A DNA stretch of 27,577 bases. It comes from a bacterium (GTDB lineage Bacteria > Cyanobacteriota > Vampirovibrionia > Gastranaerophilales > Gastranaerophilaceae). The position numbers and the translations under genes were made by a program. The stretch is taken from the NCBI GenBank assembly GCA_963617295.1, contig CAVEOW010000001.1:1-27577 (forward strand), read 5' to 3'. The stretch's first letter is position 1. Every line of letters begins with the position of its first letter. Below, piece by piece: positions 17,310-27,087 of the stretch. The notes under the pieces were generated by a model, which saw nothing but the letters and a program-made list of their open reading frames with translations, had not been told where the DNA came from and made no database searches.

Positions 17310-18523
17310 TGACACAAGGAATAACAGAGGGCATAAGCTCCACAGGGCTTACATTATCTGATTACAATACTGTTCTTAGCACGCTGCAAAGTAATATGAA
17401 TACCATATATGCAGCTGACGGAGAAGAAATTAATTTTGACAGTTCCAGCCCCGACGGACAATTAACTAATATTTTAGCCCAGTTAATTAGTGATAATAAA
17501 GAGTTAATAAGAGAAGTTTATAATTCATTTAACCCCGATAACTGTTCAGGCACAGTTCAAGATAGCCGTTATGCACTTAATTATATAAACAGAAAAGGCG
17601 GAACTTTTACAATCCAAAATATAGATGTAACAGTAACCCAAACCGTAACATTGGAAGGACTTGACGGAAATTACAATGATATAAATGCCGCAAGCTATAC
17701 AGTATCTGACGATGCAGGGAATTTATGGTACTTAATCGACAGCGTAACACTTACTGCCGGTACAACCTCACTACCGTTTAGAAGCAGATTAACGGGTGAT
17801 TTTACACCTGTAATCGGTACAATCCAAAACCAAGTAACGAAAGTTCTCGGCGTTACTGCGGTTAATAATTCCATAGCACCGACAAGTAAAGGACAAGAGC
17901 AAGAACCGGATAATCAGTTCAGAATAAGAAGAAATCTTTCAACGGTTGTCAAGGGACAAAATACATATGATGCAATGAATGCCCAATTGTTAGAGTTAGA
18001 CGGGGTAACGGATGCAATAGTTCACGTAAACAATACGGACGAAAAAGATTCTACAGAAACAAATGCTTATTCAATCTGGGCAATAGTTGAGGGTGGAGCA
18101 AATGATGAGATAGCAACCGTAATTTATCAGAATGGGTGCGGGCTTAATACAAAAGGCTCTATTTCAATAAATACAAGAAATATCGCAGGCAAAATTGTTA
18201 CGGTAAACTTTGACAGAGATAATCCGGTAAGATTATATGTTAAATTTGATGTTAAAATTGTTGATTCTGACTTTGAATTAAATACTTCTAATTTAGCTCA
18301 ATTAGTTTCAGATAATTTATATTTTAATTTAAATGCTCCTGCCGAAACATCATATATAACAGATGTTGTAGCTAATCAATTATTAACAATCGGAACAGGT
18401 GCTTACGTATTAAATGTACAAGTTTCGACGGATAATGCGAACTGGCAAGATTTTATCGCCTCTTCCAGCCTTAATAACAAATTTACTGTTGCTGCTACAG
18501 ATATAACTATTACTACGGTATAA
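17309..18523 (+). CDS. Baseplate J/gp47-like wedge protein
   Basis: SPDGQL, YNSFNPD, VTAVNN, GQEQEPDNQFRIRR, LDGVTDA, IVEGG. Confidence 0.88.
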   Translation: MTQGITEGISSTGLTLSDYNTVLSTLQSNMNTIYAADGEEINFDSSSPDGQLTNILAQLISDNKELIREVYNSFNPDNCSGTVQDSRYALNYINRKGGTFTIQNIDVTVTQTVTLEGLDGNYNDINAASYTVSDDAGNLWYLIDSVTLTAGTTSLPFRSRLTGDFTPVIGTIQNQVTKVLGVTAVNNSIAPTSKGQEQEPDNQFRIRRNLSTVVKGQNTYDAMNAQLLELDGVTDAIVHVNNTDEKDSTETNAYSIWAIVEGGANDEIATVIYQNGCGLNTKGSISINTRNIAGKIVTVNFDRDNPVRLYVKFDVKIVDSDFELNTSNLAQLVSDNLYFNLNAPAETSYITDVVANQLLTIGTGAYVLNVQVSTDNANWQDFIASSSLNNKFTVAATDITITTV

Positions 18524-18525
18524 TA

Positions 18526-19218
18526 ATGAACTACGCTGAAATTACAAAAGAATTACAAGAATACTACAGCAACCTGCTTATAATACAATATAACGGAAAA
18601 CCAAAGGCAAAAGCGACAATTGAACTGTTGGCACAGCTGATATGGTCAAATATGACTTTATTACAAATTAGGGACGGTTTCGATTGGAGAACAGCAAAAG
18701 GGATACAGTTGGATATTATCGGACAATGGGTGGGGGTATCAAGACGTTACACTAAAAATAACACTTGGAACAATACTTATTTAAGTTACGTTGCCTATGG
18801 CCAAGAATCAGATGCAGAAACAGATCTTCAAATGGGCGGATATTCTGATTATTCTAATTTTAACTCATTAGCAGGCGGAGTTTTAACTTACAACGATATA
18901 CAATCAAATAAACAAAAATTAAGCGATGAAGATTATCGACTAATTATTGGTTTAAAGATAATAAAAAACAATATTATTCAAAATCAGGGTAATATTGATA
19001 GAGCAATTTCTTTATATTTTGCGGAAAAGGATGCAGACGGAAACGTAATATATAATCAAGACGGATATATTAAAAATCCTATTGTATATACTACTTGGAA
19101 ACCGCATGAAATTACTTACCATTATCCACAGAATTTATCAACTATTATTAATGTTTGTCTGAATAAAGAAGTATTATTAACCCCGACGGGAGTTTCAATA
19201 CGATTATCAAGTTATTAA
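18526..19218 (+). CDS. Baseplate protein (DUF2612-like)
   Basis: LLIIQY..KPKA, AKGIQLDIIGQWVGVSR, LSDEDYR. Confidence 0.85.
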   Translation: MNYAEITKELQEYYSNLLIIQYNGKPKAKATIELLAQLIWSNMTLLQIRDGFDWRTAKGIQLDIIGQWVGVSRRYTKNNTWNNTYLSYVAYGQESDAETDLQMGGYSDYSNFNSLAGGVLTYNDIQSNKQKLSDEDYRLIIGLKIIKNNIIQNQGNIDRAISLYFAEKDADGNVIYNQDGYIKNPIVYTTWKPHEITYHYPQNLSTIINVCLNKEVLLTPTGVSIRLSSY

Positions 19219-19230
19219 AGGAAATAAAAA

Positions 19231-20283
19231 ATGGCATTAAAAAGAGTAACCGGGGTTGTGTTCGCAGGGAATGCAGCATTAACCAACCTTGGAGAATTTG
19301 GGAGTGCTGCAGACGGGCAGGGGATTAACCCTACTAATCCCGTTAACCCGACAGACCCGAGCATAGAAGAACAAATACAAACAGAAGACTATAAAGACGG
19401 ATGGACTAAAGCTGTTATTACATCTAAAAACTTTCCACCGGTAGAAGAAGTAAACGGAGTTCTAAGAACAATTAGTCATCAATGTTGTTATCTTCTTCAA
19501 GAGGGATTACCTGAATGGGATAAAGACACTGTATATTCTAATACATCTATAGTTAAAGTAATTAACGGAAATGAACTTTCATTTTATTTATCGTTGGACA
19601 ACGATCAAAAGGGAAACCCGCTCAACGATACTTCTAAATGGACAAAAGCTATAATTACGGGAGATAGAAGTATCGGAGTACCGCAGATAACCTTAGACTT
19701 TAACAGCCCGTTACCAAATAATTGCGTTGATTTAGTCGGGCAGGAAGTTCTGATTAACAGTAATTATTCAACTTTATATAGCATTTATGGAACAACTTAT
19801 AATGACGGAACAGAAACCGCAGGTTATTTCAGGCTGCCTGATTTCCGAGGGAGAGCAATTTACGGCGGTGCTACAAGCGGATATGTAACCGAGGGTTTAC
19901 CCGATTTAGGTTTAACAATTGCCGCAGGCGGCACTCATACGCATTCAAATACAGTGTCAACAGAAGGTATTCACTCTCATACTCGAGGGACAATGAATAT
20001 TACAGGCACTCTTAAAGGAATGTGGGGAGGCTCTGGTGCTTTTTCGAAATCGAGTACTAATAGTATGGGTTCCGGTGATTATGACACTTGGAATGCAACC
20101 TTTAACGCAGCCAACAGTTGGACAGGAAATACGTCCGAAGAGGGAGCTCACACTCACACAGTAACGGTTAATAACGGAGGTTCACACACACATGCTGTCA
20201 CTTATTCTAATTCTGCAATCGGTTCATCTTCTAAGATACAAACAGACGGAATTAAAGTACGTGTATATACGAGGTACAAATAA
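19231..20283 (+). CDS. Tail fibre protein with collar domain and HxH metal-binding motifs
   Basis: YLLQEGLPEW; Y.TLYSIYGTTY..G...FRLPDFRG collar; GTHTH, HSH, GAHTH, GSHTH. Confidence 0.85.
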   Translation: MALKRVTGVVFAGNAALTNLGEFGSAADGQGINPTNPVNPTDPSIEEQIQTEDYKDGWTKAVITSKNFPPVEEVNGVLRTISHQCCYLLQEGLPEWDKDTVYSNTSIVKVINGNELSFYLSLDNDQKGNPLNDTSKWTKAIITGDRSIGVPQITLDFNSPLPNNCVDLVGQEVLINSNYSTLYSIYGTTYNDGTETAGYFRLPDFRGRAIYGGATSGYVTEGLPDLGLTIAAGGTHTHSNTVSTEGIHSHTRGTMNITGTLKGMWGGSGAFSKSSTNSMGSGDYDTWNATFNAANSWTGNTSEEGAHTHTVTVNNGGSHTHAVTYSNSAIGSSSKIQTDGIKVRVYTRYK

Positions 20284-20906
20284 TGTTTACTTATAATTAT
20301 GACCCTAAAACTTTAGAATTTACGGCAGAAGAAACTGCCTTTATTGATCCTGTAAGTAATACTTACATATTGCCTGCTCATTCAACTTTTACAAAGCCGA
20401 ATTTAAGCAAAAACAAAACGGCTATTTATCAAAAAGAAACTGACGATTGGAAAATAGTAACTGATTACAGAGGTTCATTTATTGTTGATGAAAGTATGAA
20501 TGTAAAAATACAAACAGAGCTTGGAGATATACCCGCAGGCTATGTTGTAATTACCGAAAAACAAGCATTACAAATACAAGAGGACCCAATTTATTATGTA
20601 ATAGATAACGGAAGATTAATCAAAAACCCAAATTACAAGGAGCAAAAGGAACAAATTGAGTTAGAGAAAATTTACAAACTTTCGATGACTAAATATGATT
20701 TTTATAAAGTTATTTGCAAACCGAATGGGTTAGATTATAAACAAATTATGTCTTTTATAAATGCAGATGATGACATTGCTGCCGCTTGGAATTTCTGCGA
20801 ACGTGTTTATCGTGGAGATGAAATCTTAAATAATTGTATTAAAAAGCAAATCCCAACAATAACTGATGAACAATTAAATCAAATATTCAAGGAGTATGGC
20901 AGATAA
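20283..20906 (+). CDS. Tail fibre assembly protein-like
   Basis: YNYDPKTLEF...LPAHSTFTKP...WKIVTDYRG...LGDIP follows the fibre gene. Confidence 0.75.
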   Translation: MFTYNYDPKTLEFTAEETAFIDPVSNTYILPAHSTFTKPNLSKNKTAIYQKETDDWKIVTDYRGSFIVDESMNVKIQTELGDIPAGYVVITEKQALQIQEDPIYYVIDNGRLIKNPNYKEQKEQIELEKIYKLSMTKYDFYKVICKPNGLDYKQIMSFINADDDIAAAWNFCERVYRGDEILNNCIKKQIPTITDEQLNQIFKEYGR

Positions 20907-21211
20907 TGATTTATAAAAATGATGATATGGGGGCTTTTGGCGGACAAATTACAGTTAATTTCTCCGGTCCGGAAGGAACGGTAATTACAAGAGCGGAATT
21001 TCAGTGCGGCAATTTTTACCGCAATATTGAAAACCCCGTATTTCCTCTTGTATTTAAGCCCACTAGAGAGGATACAGCAAAGTTTAGTAATAATAACCTT
21101 TGTTATTTAAGGATTTACGACGAAAACGGACTTAGAAAAACCTGCAAAGGAACAATGAATATACCGGCACAGAATGAGGTAATTAATGACAGATTACATT
21201 GCGGATTTTGA
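20906..21211 (+). CDS. Hypothetical structural protein (fibre attachment?)
   Basis: 101 aa, translationally coupled on both sides. Confidence 0.65.
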   Translation: MIYKNDDMGAFGGQITVNFSGPEGTVITRAEFQCGNFYRNIENPVFPLVFKPTREDTAKFSNNNLCYLRIYDENGLRKTCKGTMNIPAQNEVINDRLHCGF

Positions 21212-23147
21212 ACTTAAAGAAGAAGAATATAATGCATTATTGGAATTAAATGTAGTAGGTGCATTATGGGGAAATATTACAGGCAATATTGAAAACCAAA
21301 AGGACCTGCAAGAGGCACTAAATAATAAAGCCGATGTAAATTATGTTGACAATATCCAATCGGTTTTAAATGATAGCATAGTTGCGGTTTCAGATGATAT
21401 TAAAGAAGAGGCTGCTACAAGAGCCGAGAACGATACTTTATTGCAAAATAATATAAATACTCTATCTGATAGTTTAACGACTGAAATAAATGAACGTGTA
21501 ACCGCTGATACAACATTACAGAGTAATATTAATTCATTAACCGATACCTTAAAAGTTAATTATGATACTCTTGATGATAAAATTAACAATGTAAACGACT
21601 CTTTATCCGATAGTATCACGGCACTTGATAGTGTTGTCAGTTCTAATTTTACGACTTTATCCGATAGTATTACGGCTATTGATAACACAATAAACAATTA
21701 CGGCGACATTGTTAAATACAATGCTGCAGACTTTGCAACAAAAAATCAAGGACTCTTGGCAGAAAGTGCTTTACAACCAAAGAGTAATATAAGCGAGTTA
21801 ACAAACAATATCGGCTATATAACTGCAGCTTCCTTGAACGGCTATGCAACAGAAACTTTTGTTACTTCACAAGGCTATATAACGGAAATAACTGCTACTG
21901 ATGTAACAAATGCGTTAGGTTATACCCCTTACAATTCATCTAACCCAAACGGCTATATAACTGCAGCTGCACTGCCGACAGTTAACAATCCTACAATTAC
22001 TATACAGAGAAACAATACGGCAATTGATAGCTTTACTCTCAACCAAGCCGATAATAAAGAAATAAATATTATTGTTCCGACACAAGCATCTGATATTGGA
22101 GCGTTATCTAATACAACTACTATAAATGATTTAACTACTCCCGAACAACAAAACGCAATTAATTCAGGGGCAAATGTTACAAATATCGAACAAATTACAA
22201 TTAATTCAAACGATATTTCCGATATAAAAAGTTTAATACCTATAGAAGCAACATCTGATAATAAACTTGCAGATAAAAACTTTGTAAATAGCTCGATTTC
22301 AACTAACACAGCTTATTTTATCGGAACATTTGACAGTTTGGATGATTTGGAAGCATATACAGGCACTTTAACCAATAATGATTATGCTTTTGTTATTAAA
22401 GTTGACAGTGCGGGGAATACACTCTATGACCGTTACAAATGGAACGGTACGGAGTGGCTGTTTGAGTATGAACTTAATAACTCGTCTTTCACCGCAGCAC
22501 AATGGGCAAGTATAAATTCGGGAATTACTAACTCTGATGTTACTCAAATAGGAGCTAATACCTCTAATATTGCACTAAAACAAGACATTATAAACGACCT
22601 TACAGATATTAGAGCCGGTGCTGCATTAGGTGCAACAGCGTTACAAGACGGTGCTGATATCAGCAGGCTTACTAATAATACAGGTTATATTACAGGCATT
22701 ACGACTTCGGATGTCACAACCGCATTAGGTTATACCCCGTACAATGCAACAAACCCGAACGGATATACTTCCAATATTGGTACGGTTACATCCGTAAATA
22801 ATACTAACCCCGACGTTAACGGTAATGTTACTATTACCATTCCTGATAGTGCTACTTGGGGTAATATTACAGGTGACATTGAAAATCAAACAGATTTAAT
22901 TAACAAGTTTAATACAAAAGTTGACAAAGTTGAGGGTAAATCTTTATCAACAAATGATTTTAGTAACTTTTATAGAAATGCATTGGAGCTTATCCCTTTT
23001 GAATATGTAAGTGAAGATAAATTTGATGATCAAATTAGAACAAAGCAAGATATACTTACAGCAGGTACAGGAATTATAATCGAAAACAATACTATTTCTT
23101 CTACTGTAACAGGGGCAACTATTACCTATTGGGGAGATACTGATTAA
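21186..23147 (+). CDS. Long fibrous structural protein with internal repeats
   Basis: Coiled coil (E...R...D..LQ), duplicated WGNITG.IENQ.DL and ALGYTPYN..NPNGY, KVDKVEGKSLSTNDF, KQD.LTAG.GI.I. Confidence 0.75.
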   Translation: MTDYIADFELKEEEYNALLELNVVGALWGNITGNIENQKDLQEALNNKADVNYVDNIQSVLNDSIVAVSDDIKEEAATRAENDTLLQNNINTLSDSLTTEINERVTADTTLQSNINSLTDTLKVNYDTLDDKINNVNDSLSDSITALDSVVSSNFTTLSDSITAIDNTINNYGDIVKYNAADFATKNQGLLAESALQPKSNISELTNNIGYITAASLNGYATETFVTSQGYITEITATDVTNALGYTPYNSSNPNGYITAAALPTVNNPTITIQRNNTAIDSFTLNQADNKEINIIVPTQASDIGALSNTTTINDLTTPEQQNAINSGANVTNIEQITINSNDISDIKSLIPIEATSDNKLADKNFVNSSISTNTAYFIGTFDSLDDLEAYTGTLTNNDYAFVIKVDSAGNTLYDRYKWNGTEWLFEYELNNSSFTAAQWASINSGITNSDVTQIGANTSNIALKQDIINDLTDIRAGAALGATALQDGADISRLTNNTGYITGITTSDVTTALGYTPYNATNPNGYTSNIGTVTSVNNTNPDVNGNVTITIPDSATWGNITGDIENQTDLINKFNTKVDKVEGKSLSTNDFSNFYRNALELIPFEYVSEDKFDDQIRTKQDILTAGTGIIIENNTISSTVTGATITYWGDTD

Positions 23148-25381
23148 TGCCTTTTATTTATAACAACAAGACTTATAACTTGGTGGGCAATAAAGTAAAA
23201 ACACACTCTAAAGGTGATTGGAAACAAAATTTCCAGTTCCAAAAAGTTGACGGAGCTTGTACTATTTTAAACGGGGTTGCTTCCGGGTTCACTTCTGCAA
23301 ACAGAATAAGCCCTTATGGCGGTAATAACAAGTTTGCTCCCGATTCTGCAAGTGTTAATTGGGAGTGGGTAACAACAATTGAAACGGCTGGTGATATTAC
23401 AACATATCAAGTTATACAAAAGATAAATGTGTCTTATGGAACTTCAATATACATAGATACAGATAGTTACATATATTTCCGCCCGAGTTCATCAAATAAA
23501 TCTTTTAATATTGGAACTTTAAAGAGTTTAAACCCTGTTGAGGCGAATACTAAATATAAAATAACTGCAAAATACAATGATGGGGTATTTTCCCTGTTAA
23601 TTAATGATATTGAACAAGCTACACTTGAAAGCAGTGCTAAAATCTATGCAGGAGATTTAAGATTTGCAATAAATAACGGAAGTAATACAGATATTTTTAA
23701 AGGTAAAATTTACCTAAAAGAATCTTCTCTTACTATAGATAATAGTAGTTTTTGGAATTATGAAACAGACGGAATATGTTATGTCGGAAACTGTTTTAAT
23801 TATGATACAGAAGAACACACATACTCCGGAACAAATAAAAATGTTGTTATTTCAGGAAAACCGTTTAATGTTAGTTATAACCCCTGGATAATGAGATGTA
23901 AGTTTAAACCAAGTATTGACTTTTCCCAAAATCAAAATTTATTCGGAGCACCTAACTCTGAATTAAACTATAAAATGCCTAACTTGCAAACATACACTAA
24001 AAAATTTAGACTACTATTGAGTTCTGACGGTTCAAGCTGGGATATAACAACAAGTAGTGGTGTTACAGGAAACTACACTTTTGATAAAGAATCACGCAAA
24101 AACACATATAAAATTGAATTGGGGTGGACAGGTGAAACATACTATCTTAAATATAAAATTAATAACAGTGGGGAATGGGTAACAGATATTTCATTTGAAT
24201 CTACAACACCTGTATATTATGAAGCAAATGCTCCGTTTGCAATTGGGAACAATTTTTATAGTAGCAGTTCTAATCCATGGCTTGGGAGAATTTATTTAGA
24301 AGATGTTGAACTGTTAACCAATGTAGTATTTGATGAAAACAATAACCCCATAGCATGTAATGGTATATATGCTAATGAATATCTTAAAGATGTATATACA
24401 GAGAGTTCACGTTCTTTAATAACTCCAAAGCTAGGGAAGAAATGGCAAGTTGCTAATTCAGGCATAAATCAATCTGTTATTGGTTCAGCATTTTTAAATA
24501 ACAAATTTTTAGCTATTACTTCAAATGTTGAAAACCCTATATACAGTTCTTCCAATGGTATTGATTGGGAATTATCAAATAGCATTCTGCCAGAAAATTT
24601 TACAGGTGTTTTTACTAAAGTAATTGCTGGAGGTGATAAATTTTTATTGTGTTCTAATACTAACTTATATTACTATAAACCTGAAGAATCAAAAATTCAG
24701 AATGTTACATTAAACTTCTTAGACTCCGATGACGATGACGATGAACCAATATTATGGGATATTGCTTATAAAGACGGGGTTTATATCTTAATCTATAATT
24801 TTGATGCTGCTAGTTCTACAGATGGTATTAATTGGGAACCTTGGAGGTCAACAATAATACCCTATAATGGTGATGTTTCTTTAATTGGGGTTTCAGCTGA
24901 AAATTTCTGGTGTTTTTCGCTTGATCCTCCTGACGTAAGGATCCATATATTAGACACGGTAAATAAAACAGTTGAAATGACTTCATTATATGATACTGAA
25001 TCTGATTCGGTAATATATGGAGCAGATAAGTTTATAATAATAAATATGGGTGAAACTACTAACTCTTATCTCTATTCAAAACACTATTCAGAAATAGGTA
25101 TTATAATGCAAACTGGAAATTTCCCTCACAATATTCTCCCCACATCAGCTATTTATGCAAATAACCAGTTTATTGTGTTTGACTATTTAGCAGGTCAAGT
25201 ATTAATTTCTACAGATGGGATTAATTGGGATATTGAAAAAATGGACTTTACAGCAGACTATGAAGCTCCTTGTGTTTCAAGTGACTTAATTGTTGCATTT
25301 GCAATGGCTCCAAATGAGGGAAAAGTTACTTATAGAACTGATGAACTCTTTAAAGTTGATGGACATAAAAAGACTTACTAG
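23147..25381 (+). CDS. Putative receptor-binding protein: two LamG/concanavalin-like domains plus propeller-like repeats
   Basis: Two beta-sandwich units ending FKGKIYL and WLGRIYL, then three S(S/T)(N/D)GI(D/N)W Asp-box-like repeats. Confidence 0.6.
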   Translation: MPFIYNNKTYNLVGNKVKTHSKGDWKQNFQFQKVDGACTILNGVASGFTSANRISPYGGNNKFAPDSASVNWEWVTTIETAGDITTYQVIQKINVSYGTSIYIDTDSYIYFRPSSSNKSFNIGTLKSLNPVEANTKYKITAKYNDGVFSLLINDIEQATLESSAKIYAGDLRFAINNGSNTDIFKGKIYLKESSLTIDNSSFWNYETDGICYVGNCFNYDTEEHTYSGTNKNVVISGKPFNVSYNPWIMRCKFKPSIDFSQNQNLFGAPNSELNYKMPNLQTYTKKFRLLLSSDGSSWDITTSSGVTGNYTFDKESRKNTYKIELGWTGETYYLKYKINNSGEWVTDISFESTTPVYYEANAPFAIGNNFYSSSSNPWLGRIYLEDVELLTNVVFDENNNPIACNGIYANEYLKDVYTESSRSLITPKLGKKWQVANSGINQSVIGSAFLNNKFLAITSNVENPIYSSSNGIDWELSNSILPENFTGVFTKVIAGGDKFLLCSNTNLYYYKPEESKIQNVTLNFLDSDDDDDEPILWDIAYKDGVYILIYNFDAASSTDGINWEPWRSTIIPYNGDVSLIGVSAENFWCFSLDPPDVRIHILDTVNKTVEMTSLYDTESDSVIYGADKFIIINMGETTNSYLYSKHYSEIGIIMQTGNFPHNILPTSAIYANNQFIVFDYLAGQVLISTDGINWDIEKMDFTADYEAPCVSSDLIVAFAMAPNEGKVTYRTDELFKVDGHKKTY

Positions 25382-25395
25382 AATGGAATAAATAA

Positions 25396-25800
25396 ATGTA
25401 TACACAAAATCTAACAAATATTAATTTTCTTACAAAGTCACAGTATGATAATATTACTAATCCAAGTTTATCTAATTTGTTCGCTGTAGAAACTCCTGCA
25501 GTTATAACTCAATGCTATAGTTCAGGAACAGAAGGTTATATTTTATTTTCTAACGGGCTTTGCATACAATACGGAAAACACGCAAGAATAACACAAGAAG
25601 ATACAATTACCCTTTATAAAGAGTATTCAAACTTAGACTATATAGTTCAAGCAACTTTTTATAATACAGCACTTAACACAGACGGTCGCCCATTATTAAC
25701 ATACGAAACTAATAAAACAGTAAACAGTTTTGTGTTTAACAGTTATACAAGCTATACGGGTTGTTACTGGATGACAATCGGATATGTAGATTTAGGATAG
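25396..25800 (+). CDS. Small fibre-tip protein (gp53-like domain)
   Basis: GYILFSNGLCIQYG...ITL...Y...YWMTIGY. Confidence 0.65.
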   Translation: MYTQNLTNINFLTKSQYDNITNPSLSNLFAVETPAVITQCYSSGTEGYILFSNGLCIQYGKHARITQEDTITLYKEYSNLDYIVQATFYNTALNTDGRPLLTYETNKTVNSFVFNSYTSYTGCYWMTIGYVDLG

Positions 25801-25809
25801 GAGCTTTAC

Positions 25810-26253
25810 ATGATATTGATAGCAGAATTAACAGAGCCATATACGGAAGAGGAAAAGTTTAATTTTCTTGTAACTAATAAAGACAAAATTATACGTTTTG
25901 AGGGTAATTCTATTAAGGTATATGAATTAACAGAGGAAGAAAAACAAACGGAAAAGCTAAGGCAATTTAATAAGGACTTTTTTAATACAAGTTTGGGGTA
26001 TGTACGCCGAAAGGTAACAATGAAAGACGGAACGTTTAAAGATTTCTTAACGGACATTGTACCGCTTTTACAAGTCGGGGTACAAATAATTACTTATACA
26101 TTGAACGGTACGGAGCTAACGCAAAATACAGGTGTAACCGTAACTGAAGATTTTATAAATGAGTGTAAACAACAAGTATTTCATGATTTTTACGGAATTT
26201 CGGACGGACAAAGTCCGGTAAGCGAATGCGAAGCTGACGTCAGCGGAGTGTAG
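25810..26253 (+). CDS. Hypothetical phage protein; C-terminus apparently altered by a small insertion
   Basis: 147 aa; last ~16 residues are encoded by a GC-rich palindromic insert. Confidence 0.7.
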   Translation: MILIAELTEPYTEEEKFNFLVTNKDKIIRFEGNSIKVYELTEEEKQTEKLRQFNKDFFNTSLGYVRRKVTMKDGTFKDFLTDIVPLLQVGVQIITYTLNGTELTQNTGVTVTEDFINECKQQVFHDFYGISDGQSPVSECEADVSGV

Positions 26254-26299
26254 TCAGCGACAGCAATAAGCAAAAAGAAATTCCAAGAAGCGGAATTTC
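26193..26299. repeat. Small palindromic insertion flanked by 9-bp direct repeat cggaatttc
   Basis: cggaatttc at 26193-26201 and 26291-26299; internal cggac/gtccg, gctgacgtcagc and gaaattcc. Confidence 0.55.
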
Positions 26300-26517
26300 C
26301 GTAGAATAAAAACACTTTTTAGACTGACTATTTAGTGAAAAATAACATTTTTTAGAAGAAGTTTAGACTTAATTATCACCCGGCGGAAAGCTGCAAGTTA
26401 TCTAAAGTACACAGATGTAAAACGAGGAAACAAGACCTCACCTTGACTATTAGCACATTATAGGGGTTTGAATGCGGGAGAGTGCTAGCTCCCCATTTAT
26501 CAACAAGAAAGTTCTCA

Positions 26518-26877
26518 ATGCTAAATTTTAACCCTACTTTTGGTTATTCCCACAAATTAAAAACGTTATATAAACAAGGTAAATTACCTACAGTTACACA
26601 TGGTTTATACGGTAAAAAATTGTCGATAGATAGTGTTTCATTAGAGCATATAGTACCACATTCAAAAGGCGGTAAAACTGTTTTAAATAATTTAGCCTTA
26701 GCAGATAAAACAGCTAATTGTATGAGAGGGTGCGAAGATATAAAAAATTTTTTAACCGTTGAAATGATACAAGATTATTTAAAGCAGTTTGAACATCTTA
26801 ATTTAAAGAATTTCAACGGGAATCAATACATTAAAGTTATAAAGAAAACCTTTGAAAAGTTAGGTTTTAAATTATAA
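26518..26877 (+). CDS. HNH endonuclease
   Basis: SLEHIVPHSKGG.T...NLALA...AN..RG; ATG 26518 preferred over GTG 26482. Confidence 0.85.
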   Translation: MLNFNPTFGYSHKLKTLYKQGKLPTVTHGLYGKKLSIDSVSLEHIVPHSKGGKTVLNNLALADKTANCMRGCEDIKNFLTVEMIQDYLKQFEHLNLKNFNGNQYIKVIKKTFEKLGFKL

Positions 26878-26889
26878 AGGAGATAGAAA

Positions 26890-27069
26890 ATGTTTAACTT
26901 TATCGAGAAATTTTTAATTAAAAAATTGGCAAAAAAGGTTATTAAAACCATTCCTGAATTGAAAGAAAAAGGAGTTAAAATAATTGAAAAACATTCGGAA
27001 GAAATTTTTGAAAAACTCGAAATCCTTATTATTCAATTTATTGAAAAGTATGAGAATAAGCAAAAATAG
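26890..27069 (+). CDS. Small amphipathic hypothetical protein (59 aa)
   Basis: Not in ORF track; RBS aaggag, MFNFIEKFLIKKLAKKVIKTIPELKEKG...ENKQK*. Confidence 0.75.
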   Translation: MFNFIEKFLIKKLAKKVIKTIPELKEKGVKIIEKHSEEIFEKLEILIIQFIEKYENKQK

Positions 27070-27087
27070 AATAGGCTTTTTGTTTAA

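Noticed and set aside
19231..25800. Diversity-generating retroelement or invertible fibre cassette
   Set aside because: No reverse transcriptase or invertase, no ~100-bp adenine-variant repeat pair seen, no inverted fibre fragments
993..26057. Minus-strand and nested ORFs in the track (e.g. 2779-2997, 5114-5419, 7334-7816, 21953-22309)
   Set aside because: Shadow frames of well-supported plus-strand genes with no recognisable motifs
26451..26488. CIRCE-like ttagcac...gagtgctag
   Set aside because: Spacer far longer than 9 nt, arms imperfect, no chaperone gene downstream
26310..26877. IscB/HEARO-type RNA-guided nuclease
   Set aside because: Protein is only ~119 aa with no PLMP or RuvC motifs
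26890..27069. Holin
   Set aside because: Amphipathic and charged, with no clear transmembrane segment
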